Assembly: GCA_949747905.1 (NCBI GenBank)
Contig: CATKEF010000053.1
Location: 135 to 64,134, forward strand
DNA length: 64,000 nt
Origin: an uncultured Eubacteriales bacterium
Lineage (GTDB): Bacteria > Bacillota > Clostridia > Christensenellales > Borkfalkiaceae
Reading direction: 5' to 3'
In this document: positions 10,247-20,111 of the stretch, in pieces
How positions within the stretch are numbered: position 1 is the stretch's first letter
Layout of the letters: each line of letters opens with the position of its first letter
Position numbers and translations under genes: made by a program
The notes under the pieces: generated by a model
Database searches by the model: none
What the model was told of the DNA's origin: nothing
The model's input: the letters and a program-made list of their open reading frames with translations, nothing else

Positions 10247-10843
10247 ATGGCACGCAATAACATAGAAAAAGTTAAAACTGAAGACGCAGTCTTTAAATAT
10301 ATTCAAAAATACATATCAGAAAACGGTTATGCCCCTTGCGTACGCGAAGTTTGCACCCAGTGCGGAATCAAATCCACCGCCACCGCTTTTAATATTATAA
10401 ACAGGTTGAAAGAGCGCGGACTTCTTGAAAAATCCGATGTCAAACGTCGGGCAATTGCTTTAAGAAGCAAATCCGTTTCGGTACCTTTAATCGGTACTGT
10501 TGCGGCAGGACAGCCGATTTTTGCAACAGAAAACTATGACGGCTTCTACTCTCTGCCTGAAAATTATTTCGCAGGCGAAGACCTGTTTATGCTTACTGTC
10601 AAAGGTTCTTCTATGATTAATATAGGCATGTTTGAGAATGACAAAGTTGTGGTTCGGAAACAGGATGTAGCCGAAAACGGAGATATTATAGTCGCTTTGG
10701 TTGACGACAGCGCTACCGTAAAAAGATTTTTTCGCCGTGACGGAAAAATAATACTTCATCCCGAAAACGACGAAATGGAAGATTTCATATTTGACGATGT
10801 AACGATACTCGGAAAAGTGATTGGCTTACTCAGAAACTTTTAA
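10247..10843 (+). CDS. lexA: LexA repressor (S24 autopeptidase)
   Basis: N-terminal winged HTH, cleavage-site region VAAGQPI, and catalytic GSSM ... VKR (Ser/Lys dyad). Confidence 0.93.
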   Translation: MARNNIEKVKTEDAVFKYIQKYISENGYAPCVREVCTQCGIKSTATAFNIINRLKERGLLEKSDVKRRAIALRSKSVSVPLIGTVAAGQPIFATENYDGFYSLPENYFAGEDLFMLTVKGSSMINIGMFENDKVVVRKQDVAENGDIIVALVDDSATVKRFFRRDGKIILHPENDEMEDFIFDDVTILGKVIGLLRNF

Positions 10844-10844
10844 A

Positions 10845-10868
10845 GAACCGCCTTACAGCGGTTTTTTT
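10845..10868. terminator. bidirectional terminator between lexA and the CDF gene
   Basis: AACCGC-CTTACA-GCGGTT followed by TTTTTTT. Confidence 0.7.
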
Positions 10869-11757
10869 ATTGGCTATCTTTATATGGATTGACGTGAACG
10901 GTAATATGCTTTACAAGCGGAAAATTATCCTCTATTCCTTTATGCACGGTTTCAGCAATACTGTGTGCGTCAAAAAGCGATATATCGGGTTGACAAGCTA
11001 TTTCGGCAATAACATAAATACGGTTTCCGAACATTCTGGTCATAAGCTCGTCGACACGTATCACACCTTCACAACATTCGATATAATTGCGTATTTCGCT
11101 TTCTGTCTTTTCTTCGCATGCCTCGTCGGTCATCTTCTTTACTGCGTCGATGAAAATCTGCACTGCTGCTTTTATAATAAGCAGACTGATTACTATACAT
11201 GCAATTGAATCCATAATAGGCACACCGCACATCGCACCTATTACGCCGACAAGACTACCTATAGACGACAGTGAATCGGAACGATGATGCCAGGCATCCG
11301 CTTTCAATGCCGAAGAATTTACTTTTTTAGCGGCGGACATTGTATACCAAAACATAAGTTCTTTAACCACAATCGATACCGCAGCGGCAATCAAAGCGAT
11401 TATTTTAGGGATTTCAAAAGAATTATATGCTCCTTTGACTATATTTACAACTCCAGTATAACCTATTCCCACTCCTGTTGCAAATAAAACTACGGCAAGA
11501 AGAATTGCCGCTACACATTCAAAACGTTCGTGACCGAACGGGTGTTTTTTATCTGCTTTTTTTGCGGATATTTTTACTCCTATAATTACGATTATCGTAG
11601 AAAACACATCCGAAGCCGAATGAACCGCATCGGAAATCAAAGCATAAGATGCTCCAAAAATACCGGCAAATAATTTGAAAACCGTAAGCAATGCATTCAT
11701 AATTATTGTTATAACCGATACTTTGACCGTAATTTTTTCAATATCGTTATTTTGCAT
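10867..11757 (-). CDS. cation diffusion facilitator family metal efflux transporter
   Basis: Six predicted TM helices, HSASD and HHRSD metal-site motifs, and a C-terminal cytoplasmic domain. Confidence 0.87.
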   Translation of the reverse strand: MQNNDIEKITVKVSVITIIMNALLTVFKLFAGIFGASYALISDAVHSASDVFSTIIVIIGVKISAKKADKKHPFGHERFECVAAILLAVVLFATGVGIGYTGVVNIVKGAYNSFEIPKIIALIAAAVSIVVKELMFWYTMSAAKKVNSSALKADAWHHRSDSLSSIGSLVGVIGAMCGVPIMDSIACIVISLLIIKAAVQIFIDAVKKMTDEACEEKTESEIRNYIECCEGVIRVDELMTRMFGNRIYVIAEIACQPDISLFDAHSIAETVHKGIEDNFPLVKHITVHVNPYKDSQ

Positions 11758-11798
11758 ATTTACTCCCGAAATTTAAACCGAAAATGACGAAAAATGAA

Positions 11799-11827
11799 TT
11801 GACATTATCAATAAATTAAAATATAAT
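11799..11827 (+). promoter_or_regulatory. sigma-A type promoter for tRNA-Thr
   Basis: TTGACA (11799-11804), 17-nt spacer, TATAAT (11822-11827). It lies about 40 nt upstream of the tRNA. Confidence 0.55.
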
Positions 11828-11866
11828 ATTCAAGTAAGCAAAATAATGCTATTACCTTTAATATTC

Positions 11867-11942
<76 letters not shown>

Positions 11943-11946
11943 AAGT

Positions 11947-11980
11947 AAAAACCACCAAATACGGTGGTTTTTACTTTTTT
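11947..11980 (+). terminator. terminator after tRNA-Thr
   Basis: AAAAACCACC-AAATAC-GGTGGTTTTT followed by a T run. Confidence 0.7.
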
Positions 11981-12089
11981 ACCCCATATTTATTATGATT
12001 TTAAATTTTTATTTTTAAATTCCGCGTTCACGAAAACTAAAAATGTGTCTTTAGGTGTCAAATGCATTATTAGTTTGTATCTAATTCAT

Positions 12090-12115
12090 AAAAAAATCAA
12101 CCGCCTAAAGGCGGT
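12090..12115 (-). terminator. terminator downstream of the 113-aa orphan gene
   Basis: The minus strand reads ACCGCC-TTTA-GGCGGT followed by TGATTTTTTT. Confidence 0.55.
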
Positions 12116-12264
12116 CTAAATCGTTTAAATGTGTCAAATTCTGACCATTTTGTATAGAGTTATTGTTTTTATGTTCATCTATAAGATTCTTACATTAAAA
12201 CCGTACAACTGAATTAATTGACAGAAATCATATTAACCTAAAATATAAAAACAAGGCACTCGAA

Positions 12265-12606
12265 TTAGCGCTTTCTTTTTGCAACAGCAATTCTTATTCG
12301 CTTTGTCGTCGAATCATTCTCCGATGTAACCGGTTCCTCGACGAATTCATCTTCAGCCGCGGCAATTTCCACCTGCATACCCTCGGCTTGTTTCATTTTT
12401 ACATAAGAAACAGCGCAAGGATATTGCAACGATTTGTTGCAGTTATCACAAAAAGGAGCGTATTCTCCGCACAAATCACGTTTTAATAGCTGGCTGTTAG
12501 TAAATTTGTCGACATCAATTGTTTGCTGAATATCACGCAAATTATCTTTACTGAGTTGTGCGGGCATTGATTTTAATAATTTCAAAGGTGCTTCGTTATC
12601 CCACAT
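12265..12606 (-). CDS. hypothetical protein with a Cys cluster and basic tail
   Basis: 113-aa ORF behind the RBS AAGGAGAAAAAATATG. Contains CGEYAPFCDNCNKSLQYPC and ends in AVAKRKR. I recognise no family. Confidence 0.55.
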   Translation of the reverse strand: MWDNEAPLKLLKSMPAQLSKDNLRDIQQTIDVDKFTNSQLLKRDLCGEYAPFCDNCNKSLQYPCAVSYVKMKQAEGMQVEIAAAEDEFVEEPVTSENDSTTKRIRIAVAKRKR

Positions 12607-12668
12607 ATTTTTTCTCCTTGGAACTTATAACAACATTATACACCGAATTATATGTTTTTTCAAGTGTT

Positions 12669-13595
12669 TCACATAATTTCTTTAACAGTAAGCGACGAAA
12701 GAATTTCTTTGTATTTGTCTTTATTAAAAGAAATACTGTCGGGTGACGTTACCGCGGCTGTTCCGGCGGCAACGCCGCATCTGAGAATTTCCGGAAGCGG
12801 AGCCCCGTTAACCAAAGCGTTTGCGGCTGCCGCAACCATACCGTCTCCCGCTCCCACAGTCGAGTTCATGGCGACGTTAACGCTTTTACTATAATATTTT
12901 TTATGTCCGTCCGTGATTAACGCACCGTTTTTCCCCAAGGACAGCAAAACGCACTCGGCGCCTTTATCAAGAAGCTCGTAACAACCCGATAACATCTCGC
13001 TTTTCGTCTTTAAAGCTCTGCGCAATGTGCGCTCAAGTTCGCCTATGTTAGGTTTGACAAGATGAACCCCGTTTTTAAGAGATTCGAATAATCTTTCGCC
13101 CTCGGTATCTACAATTTTTTTAACTCCGGCAGGTACTGCTTTGAGCACTTTGCCGTAATAATCAGAAGACATTCCCTTTGCTAAACTTCCGGAAATTACA
13201 ATCCCCCTGCTATCCGAAGAAATTTTCGAAATCAGATTTATCAGTTCAAACTGCTTGGCTGAGCTTACTTCGGGACTTGTATCGTTTATTTCGGTCAGCA
13301 TTGACCTATGGTCGATAAATTTATAATTTTCCCTTACGCTGCCAGGACACCAGACAAATTTATACGGCACGCCCTCTCTATGTAATTCCTGTTCGAAACG
13401 GTTACCGTTCATTTCGTACATAAAGCCGGTTGCAAATACTTCCGCGCCGAGTCTGGCAAGTCCGTTTGCGACATTCAATGCCTTACCGGTGAAATAAGTT
13501 CTTTTGTTAATAACTTTATGGGCTTTCCCGACACTGAGAGAGTCTACTTCAATATTTACGTCTATGCACGGACTTAAGCATACAGTCAAAATCAT
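12669..13595 (-). CDS. PfkB-family sugar-phosphate kinase (1-phosphofructokinase / tagatose-6-phosphate kinase type)
   Basis: C-terminal TVGAGDGMVAAA ribokinase-family motif. I moved the start to M11 (ATG ending at 13595) behind AAGGAA, because 13630-13655 forms the pfkA terminator hairpin. Confidence 0.82.
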   Translation of the reverse strand: MILTVCLSPCIDVNIEVDSLSVGKAHKVINKRTYFTGKALNVANGLARLGAEVFATGFMYEMNGNRFEQELHREGVPYKFVWCPGSVRENYKFIDHRSMLTEINDTSPEVSSAKQFELINLISKISSDSRGIVISGSLAKGMSSDYYGKVLKAVPAGVKKIVDTEGERLFESLKNGVHLVKPNIGELERTLRRALKTKSEMLSGCYELLDKGAECVLLSLGKNGALITDGHKKYYSKSVNVAMNSTVGAGDGMVAAAANALVNGAPLPEILRCGVAAGTAAVTSPDSISFNKDKYKEILSSLTVKEIM

Positions 13596-13656
13596 CTGAT
13601 TCGATTCCTTAAAAATTGTCTGCAAAATAAAAGCCGCTAAGGAAGCGGCTTGAAAA

Positions 13657-14619
13657 TTACATAGAAATCATCTGAAGAGTTTCGTATAACTCGTAATTGA
13701 ATTTCTTTTTCATACTCACTGCTTCGATAATATCCATATCGATTATTTCATTTTTACGTATACCGACAACTCTGTTTCCGATACCTTCGTTAAGAAGTCT
13801 CACCGCTTTATTTCCGAATTGTGCGGCAAGCATTCTGTCCGCCATTGTAGGCGAACCTCCGCGCTGAATATGCCCGATAGTCGTAGGACGAACGGAATAA
13901 GTCGTGACGGACTGAAGTTGCTTTGCAAATTCCTCGGCAGTGCAAACGCCTTCGGCAACTACTACGATATTGGAATGTTTTCCGTTGGCACGCGAACGAT
14001 TGATTTTCATGACAATATCATCCAAATCGAATACGACTTCGGGAACTACTATAATTTCCGCACCGCTTGCAATTCCCGCCCAGAGCGCAATGTCGCCGCA
14101 ACGTCTTCCCATAACTTCCACTACCGAAATTCTTTCGTGCGAAGTCATTGTATCGCGAAGTTTGTTTATTACGTCTATACAAGTATTGACGGCGGTATCG
14201 AAACCTAAAGTATAATCGGTATATTCAAGGTCGTTATCGATAGTACCTGGAATTCCGATTGTCGGTACTCCGTATTCTTCCGAGAGACATTTCGCTCCCC
14301 TGAACGAACCGTCGCCGCCAATAACCACAAGTCCGTCTATTCCGCGCGCTTCAAGCGTCTTTACAGCTTTTTTCTGACCTTCCTTAGTCAGCATTTCAAG
14401 ACAACGCGCAGTACGTAATTTGGTTCCGCCCCTTTGAACGATATCGGAAACGGAGCGCATCTCCATAGACTCCATATCGTCGTCGATAAGGCCCTGATAG
14501 CCGCGCTTTATTCCGTAAACTTCCATTCCGAAATAAATCGCGGTACGAACTACAGCACGAATACAAGCATTCATACCGGGAGCGTCGCCGCCGCTTGTAA
14601 GTAAACCTATTCTCTTCAT
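13657..14619 (-). CDS. pfkA: ATP-dependent 6-phosphofructokinase
   Basis: IGLLTSGGDAPGMNA, VIGGDGS, IPGTIDND and MGRRCG motifs. Confidence 0.94.
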   Translation of the reverse strand: MKRIGLLTSGGDAPGMNACIRAVVRTAIYFGMEVYGIKRGYQGLIDDDMESMEMRSVSDIVQRGGTKLRTARCLEMLTKEGQKKAVKTLEARGIDGLVVIGGDGSFRGAKCLSEEYGVPTIGIPGTIDNDLEYTDYTLGFDTAVNTCIDVINKLRDTMTSHERISVVEVMGRRCGDIALWAGIASGAEIIVVPEVVFDLDDIVMKINRSRANGKHSNIVVVAEGVCTAEEFAKQLQSVTTYSVRPTTIGHIQRGGSPTMADRMLAAQFGNKAVRLLNEGIGNRVVGIRKNEIIDMDIIEAVSMKKKFNYELYETLQMISM

Positions 14620-14769
14620 ACAGACCTCCGTACTTATCGCTGCCTGCCGCGGACAAAACCGCGTTCCCCGTTACGCACCGAGTCAAAATAATTTAACTTA
14701 TCATTCCAAAGATTATTATATCAAAACTATTTTCAAAAGACAACAGTTTTTATGAACTTATATAACTAA

Positions 14770-17700
14770 TTATTCAACATATTTTATGTCGCGCTGCTCC
14801 AGCAAAGAATACAGCTCGGCCAACAAACCCTTACAGTAATTTACGCCGAAAGGCATTTTATAACGCTTATCGTTGCGCACAATTTTACATACTGAATTTC
14901 CGCTGTAATTGGACAAAACCGAAACAAGTTCATCGAATAAGCCGTCGTCAAGAGAACTTGCGTTTATCCAAAGAACGCTTTCGCTTTTTTCTGTATGCAC
15001 TGTTTCGTCCGCCGAGGGAGCCGAAACTTCGATTTCCTTCAAATCGTCAACGATACAGGAAATACCTCTTTCGGGGTCAACGTCGAGTTTTCCGACGATT
15101 TTTACGATTTTATCGTTTCCGAGATACGGTTTGACCTTTTCGTAAACCGCAGGAAAACATACACATTCCAATGCGCCATAGACGTCTTCAAGATTTAAAA
15201 ACGCCATAAATGCACCCGTACGACGAGTCGTTGTTCGACGATAAGAACCAATTATGCCAGCCATAGTAATACGCATACCGTCACTTATTCGGTTATAACT
15301 ACGGTTTCCGTCTTCATCTTCGGAATAATCATCCAGAAGCGAACAATCGAAAGTGCAATCGTTGACTATGTGCATATATTTCTCAAACGGATGACCGCTT
15401 ACATATACGCCAAGAACCTCTTTTTCTTTTGCAAGCTTTTCATTGAGTTCGAATTCCTGAATTTCAGGATATTCAACTTCCAGTTTTTCCTCTTCTAGAA
15501 AATCGCCGAAAAGACTCATCTGAGCGCTGTTTTTCTGTTTATTTATTGCTTTTGCACGACTGCACAACTGCTCGTAAACCGCCGCAAGCTGAGAGCGTTT
15601 AACGTTCATCTCGTCAAATGCCCCCGCATAAATAAGTCCTTCGACAAGTCTCGAATTGAGCACATTGATGCAACGCGAAATGAAGTCGGGAAAATCTTTA
15701 AATTTTCCGTTTTTTGTGCGTTCGTCTATAATTTCATCTATTACGTTCTGTCCCGCGCCTTTAAGTGCAGACAATCCGAAGCGAACACCGTCGTTTTCAA
15801 CCCTGAAAGCCGTGCGACTTTTGTTTATATCCGGGGGAAATACTTTCATTCCCTTGTCCTTTAAATAAAGAACATATTTTGTAATTTCTTCGATTTTACT
15901 TAATCTGTTATTTAAAAGAGCGCAGATAAATTCCTTGCAATAATATTTTTTCAGCCATGCAGTCTGATAAGCAAGCGTTGCGTATGCCGCAGCATGCGAT
16001 TTGTTGAATGCGTATGAAGCAAACCCCTCCATATCGGCAAATATTTTGTTTGCCGTTTCGGCGTTTATTCCGTTATGTTGGCACCCCTTGATTTCCGAAC
16101 CGTTTGTGGTGCTTATGCCGCCGAAAACGAACTTATCTTTTTGCGCCATAAGAGTTTTCTTGTCTTTTTTGCCCATCGCGCGGCGAACGAGATCCGCTTC
16201 ACCCAGCGAGAATCCGGCAAGGTCCTGAAATATCTGCATTACTTGTTCCTGGTAAACAGGGATGCCGTAAGTAACTTTGAGAATTTTTTCTTCCTGAGGA
16301 CAATCGTATACTATTGGTTCCGTTCCGTGTTTACGGTTACAGAAAGAATCAATGAATTTCATCGGTCCCGGACGATACAGCGAAACTCCCGCTATCAAAT
16401 CTTCGAGACAGTCGGGTTTCAACGTCTTCATGAATCGCTTCATTCCGCCAGCTTCGAGCTGAAACACGCCGTCGGTATCACCTTCGGCTATGAGCGAGTA
16501 TGCTCCGGCATCTTCGTAACCTATTTTGGTGAAATCCACGTCAAAGCCGTGGTCTTCTTTAATGTAGTCTACGCATTTTTTTATATCGGTGAGAGTAACC
16601 AGCGCAAGGAAGTCCATTTTCAGCATTCCGAGCGCTTCGATTTCTTTTGCAACAAATTGTGTGGTAATATCTTCGCCGTTTCTCGACAGCGGAACATTAT
16701 CTGCTATTCTTTTCTGACATATGACCACTCCCGCCGCATGCATGCCGGTCTGACGCGGCATGCCTTCGATTTTAAGAGCCATGTCGATAACTCGACGCAA
16801 AGTGCCGTCGGTTTCGTATATTTCGCAAAATTCGCTGTTCCTTGCAGCTTTGAGTTCGTTATATTTGCTCTCCAGGTCGACTTTCTTGTCTTCGTCGGTT
16901 TCCGCTTCGTATTTGCTTTTAGCGCCATCGATTCTGCGCCCGAGCAAGTCGCTTATAGACGTTTTACCGTCCATTATTTTAGTCAATTTATCCGTTTCTG
17001 AATACGGAACGCGCATTACGCGCCCAACGTCTTTAATTGAGTTTTTCGCCGCCATCGTGCCGAAAGTAACTATCTGGCACACATTTTCTGCGCCGTACTT
17101 TTTGCGAACATAATCAATTGTTTCTTCGCGTCTGTCCGTACAGAAATCAATATCGAAGTCGGGCATCGAAACACGGTCGGGATTCAGAAATCTTTCAAAC
17201 AGCAAATCATATTGCAAAGGCTCCACATCGGTGATTCCGATTGAATAAGCAACTATAGAGCTTACACCTGAACCTCTGCCAGGACCGACGGGGATGCCCT
17301 GTTCTTTGGACCAGTTAATGAAATCCCACACGACAAGATAGTAATCGGCATAACCCATGCCGCATATGATGTCGAGTTCGTATTTCGCCCTGTCCAGTTC
17401 TCTTTGCGTAGGAGTCCCGTAACGTTTTTTAAGCCCCTCGTCAGTCAGCTTTCTCAAATAATCGGAAGCTGTAGACCCGTCCGAAGGCACGTATTCGGGT
17501 ATAAGAGATTTATCTTTAATCGGGTAACCTTTTTTATCGAGATTGAAAGCCGGTTCTGTTACTTTATCGGCAATTACCCGGGTATTCGATATTGCCTTAG
17601 GCAAATGCGGAAAAAGCGCAGCCATCTGGTCGCCCGTTTTAAAATAAAATTCGTTTGTGGAGAACTTCATTCTTTTCGGGTCGTCGATCTGCTTTTTCAT

Positions 17701-18360
17701 TTGTATGCACATAAGAACATCCTGCATCTCCGCGTCCGATGCTTCAATATAATGCACATCGTTCGTCGCAACCAGCTCTACTTCCGTTTCCGCGGCAAGT
17801 TTTACAAGCAAAGGCAGTATTTTTCGCTCTTCGGGAATACCGTGGTCCTGAATTTCGATATAGAAATCGTCGCCGAAAATTCCGCGCAATTTTAAAGCCA
17901 GTTCGCGCGCCCCCTCGTAATCATCCTCCAAAAGTCGCCGCGGGATTCCGCCTGCGAGACACGCCGACAGACAAATTACACCCTCCGAATGTTCTTTGAG
18001 CACATCATAATCAATCTTCGGTTTATAATAGAATCCGTCCACAAACGCCATAGAGTCGAGCTGGACAAGATTTTTATAGCCTGCTTTGTTTTTCGCAAGC
18101 AGAATCAAATGTTCGGCGGTATTCGAACTCTTGTCGTTCATGTCTCTCGTCATATAGAATTCGCAACCGATTATGTATTTAAGCCCTGCAATTGCCGCTT
18201 TTTCGGCAAGTTGAAGTGTTCCGTACATATTCCCGTGGTCGGTAATGCATACGGTATCCACTCCGTTATTTTTGCAGTGCTGAATAAGATTATCAATCTT
18301 GCACGCGCCGTCAAGAAGCGAATATTCGGTATGAAGATGTAAATGGACGAAATCGGTCAT
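14770..18360 (-). CDS. dnaE: DNA polymerase III alpha subunit (DnaE type)
   Basis: 1196 aa. N-terminal PHP domain (HLHLHTEYSLLDG), polymerase core, HhH and OB fold. Confidence 0.95.
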   Translation of the reverse strand: MTDFVHLHLHTEYSLLDGACKIDNLIQHCKNNGVDTVCITDHGNMYGTLQLAEKAAIAGLKYIIGCEFYMTRDMNDKSSNTAEHLILLAKNKAGYKNLVQLDSMAFVDGFYYKPKIDYDVLKEHSEGVICLSACLAGGIPRRLLEDDYEGARELALKLRGIFGDDFYIEIQDHGIPEERKILPLLVKLAAETEVELVATNDVHYIEASDAEMQDVLMCIQMKKQIDDPKRMKFSTNEFYFKTGDQMAALFPHLPKAISNTRVIADKVTEPAFNLDKKGYPIKDKSLIPEYVPSDGSTASDYLRKLTDEGLKKRYGTPTQRELDRAKYELDIICGMGYADYYLVVWDFINWSKEQGIPVGPGRGSGVSSIVAYSIGITDVEPLQYDLLFERFLNPDRVSMPDFDIDFCTDRREETIDYVRKKYGAENVCQIVTFGTMAAKNSIKDVGRVMRVPYSETDKLTKIMDGKTSISDLLGRRIDGAKSKYEAETDEDKKVDLESKYNELKAARNSEFCEIYETDGTLRRVIDMALKIEGMPRQTGMHAAGVVICQKRIADNVPLSRNGEDITTQFVAKEIEALGMLKMDFLALVTLTDIKKCVDYIKEDHGFDVDFTKIGYEDAGAYSLIAEGDTDGVFQLEAGGMKRFMKTLKPDCLEDLIAGVSLYRPGPMKFIDSFCNRKHGTEPIVYDCPQEEKILKVTYGIPVYQEQVMQIFQDLAGFSLGEADLVRRAMGKKDKKTLMAQKDKFVFGGISTTNGSEIKGCQHNGINAETANKIFADMEGFASYAFNKSHAAAYATLAYQTAWLKKYYCKEFICALLNNRLSKIEEITKYVLYLKDKGMKVFPPDINKSRTAFRVENDGVRFGLSALKGAGQNVIDEIIDERTKNGKFKDFPDFISRCINVLNSRLVEGLIYAGAFDEMNVKRSQLAAVYEQLCSRAKAINKQKNSAQMSLFGDFLEEEKLEVEYPEIQEFELNEKLAKEKEVLGVYVSGHPFEKYMHIVNDCTFDCSLLDDYSEDEDGNRSYNRISDGMRITMAGIIGSYRRTTTRRTGAFMAFLNLEDVYGALECVCFPAVYEKVKPYLGNDKIVKIVGKLDVDPERGISCIVDDLKEIEVSAPSADETVHTEKSESVLWINASSLDDGLFDELVSVLSNYSGNSVCKIVRNDKRYKMPFGVNYCKGLLAELYSLLEQRDIKYVE

Positions 18361-18370
18361 AAGTTTTCCT

Positions 18371-19324
18371 TCAATCCTTTAGCGAACGCGCAATATCAAG
18401 GATTTTTCTCATTCTGTGGTTCAAACAACTTTTGGAAACGTTTAATCTTTCGGAAAGCTCCTGCATGGAAGCGTTTTTATCTGCAAGCCTGCACTCGGCG
18501 ACATCAAATAACTGCTTTTCCAAACTCTGCAACCCTATCGTAGTGGCAATAATTTCTATTGCCTGAACCTGATTTACGGAAGCCGTAAGAGTTTTATCTA
18601 TGTTGGAAACGGAACAATTATTTACTCTGTTTGCATTATTCTGTCTGTCTTTCTTCTCCACAACGTCATTTAACTTTTTAAGGCACTTCAAGCACCCCAA
18701 AAGGTTCAAAACATCGGATATCACTTCCTTACTTTTAACATATATAACGGACGTATCTTTTCTTGAAACCGACTTTGCCAAAATTTCGAACTCACACAAT
18801 AAGTCACAAAAATCAGCGGCGGTCATCCTGTTTGAAAATACAAATTCGAGATGATATCCGGTGCGACTGAATATTTTCTCGTCCGGTAACGTACAGCTGC
18901 CTCCGCCGAGAAACGCACCTTTCAGAAAAGCAATTTTCTCGGCATCACCCGCTACAAGTCGTTCGTCTATGCCGAAATTAACGTAATTACCCTCTTTATC
19001 CTCACCGACAAGCCTTAAATTACGCAATAATTCGTCGGATTTTTCATCAGCCGTCCCGAAAACCAACTTATCGCGCCCCCCAAGCGCGTCGAATCTCGCA
19101 CCGGAAACATTCATAGCAAGACCGAACTCCCGCTCAATTAATTCAAAAAAATAATCGGCGGTATGCTCGTTTTCGGTTACGATTTCAAAACCGAAATTAC
19201 CGTTATGCGATATAATGCTGCCGCTCGTCCTTATAAATGCCGACAGCATCGCCAGACGGCACTTTTCGCTTTCATTTGACTGTGATATTATTTCGTTTTT
19301 TAGCTCTTCGGTAAAATTCTGCAT
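18371..19324 (-). CDS. whiA: DNA-binding protein WhiA
   Basis: 317 aa. Degenerate LAGLIDADG-like N-terminal domains plus a C-terminal HTH (ELSERLNVSKSCLNHRMRKI). Confidence 0.88.
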   Translation of the reverse strand: MQNFTEELKNEIISQSNESEKCRLAMLSAFIRTSGSIISHNGNFGFEIVTENEHTADYFFELIEREFGLAMNVSGARFDALGGRDKLVFGTADEKSDELLRNLRLVGEDKEGNYVNFGIDERLVAGDAEKIAFLKGAFLGGGSCTLPDEKIFSRTGYHLEFVFSNRMTAADFCDLLCEFEILAKSVSRKDTSVIYVKSKEVISDVLNLLGCLKCLKKLNDVVEKKDRQNNANRVNNCSVSNIDKTLTASVNQVQAIEIIATTIGLQSLEKQLFDVAECRLADKNASMQELSERLNVSKSCLNHRMRKILDIARSLKD

Positions 19325-19325
19325 T

Positions 19326-20111
19326 TTATAAGTGTCTTAATTTATATTCCGTAAATCTGAAATCGGGTAATCTGCCGTCGATATTGTCTATATTTTCGGT
19401 TGAAATTCCCGATTCGCGAATCAATTGTTCTGCAATTGCAGTATCGCCTACGCGGTCGGACGAATGTGCGTCGGAATCAATTAAAAATTTTACGCCCGTT
19501 TCCGCCATTATATTCAGTTCCTCGGCGGACACATGGCGTTTTTTAGTATTGATTTCAATATAAGTACCGTAATCGGCACAACATTGAGCAACTTCCTTCA
19601 GATTACAGCAGCATTTGTAATTTATATGCGTGAGAATGTCCACGGGATTTTTCTTTACGGCGTTTATATACGCCTTGGTTGTAGAATCGACGACGCTCTG
19701 TGCCGGTTTTCTTCCCAAAGAATATGCAAAATAATTTTTTAACATTATATTATACATATCGGAAAAACTTTTGTATTTAAGCACCTCGTGAATACCGAAA
19801 AGAAACAAATCGAAAAATTCGAGGTCTCTCTCTTTCATATCCGTATCTCCGTCGACGGAAATAAGGTTGCTTTCCATTCCCATTAAAACTTTCAGACCGG
19901 TAAGCTTCTCTGCCTCGTCTATTTCTCCTCTCAAATCGACAAGATTTCGGCGTTTCAATCCAAAAAGCAAATGATTAAAACCGTGGTCGGTAATACCGAT
20001 TTGTTTAAGTCCGAGTTTCTTCGCTGCGGTTACATTTTCAAGCACGGTATTTTTGCCGTGCGAGTACGGCGTATGGGTATGATAATCAGCTGTAAGAATC
20101 ATTGAATTCAC
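19326..20111 (-). CDS. PHP-domain (histidinol-phosphatase family) metal-dependent phosphoesterase
   Basis: DYHTHTPYSHG and ITDHG motifs, plus a C-terminal DSDAH. Confidence 0.75.
   Translation of the reverse strand: MNSMILTADYHTHTPYSHGKNTVLENVTAAKKLGLKQIGITDHGFNHLLFGLKRRNLVDLRGEIDEAEKLTGLKVLMGMESNLISVDGDTDMKERDLEFFDLFLFGIHEVLKYKSFSDMYNIMLKNYFAYSLGRKPAQSVVDSTTKAYINAVKKNPVDILTHINYKCCCNLKEVAQCCADYGTYIEINTKKRHVSAEELNIMAETGVKFLIDSDAHSSDRVGDTAIAEQLIRESGISTENIDNIDGRLPDFRFTEYKLRHL

Noticed and set aside
14620-14769. GC-rich leader of about 100 nt upstream of pfkA as a possible riboswitch
   Set aside because: I could find only one short 5-bp GC hairpin (CGCGG/CCGCG). There is no resemblance to a riboswitch class I can name, so the evidence is insufficient.
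16075-17001. 308-aa ORF on the plus strand inside dnaE
   Set aside because: It lies entirely antisense to a confidently identified 1196-aa DnaE. The composition is Phe/Arg/Val-rich and typical of a shadow frame, and there is no RBS.
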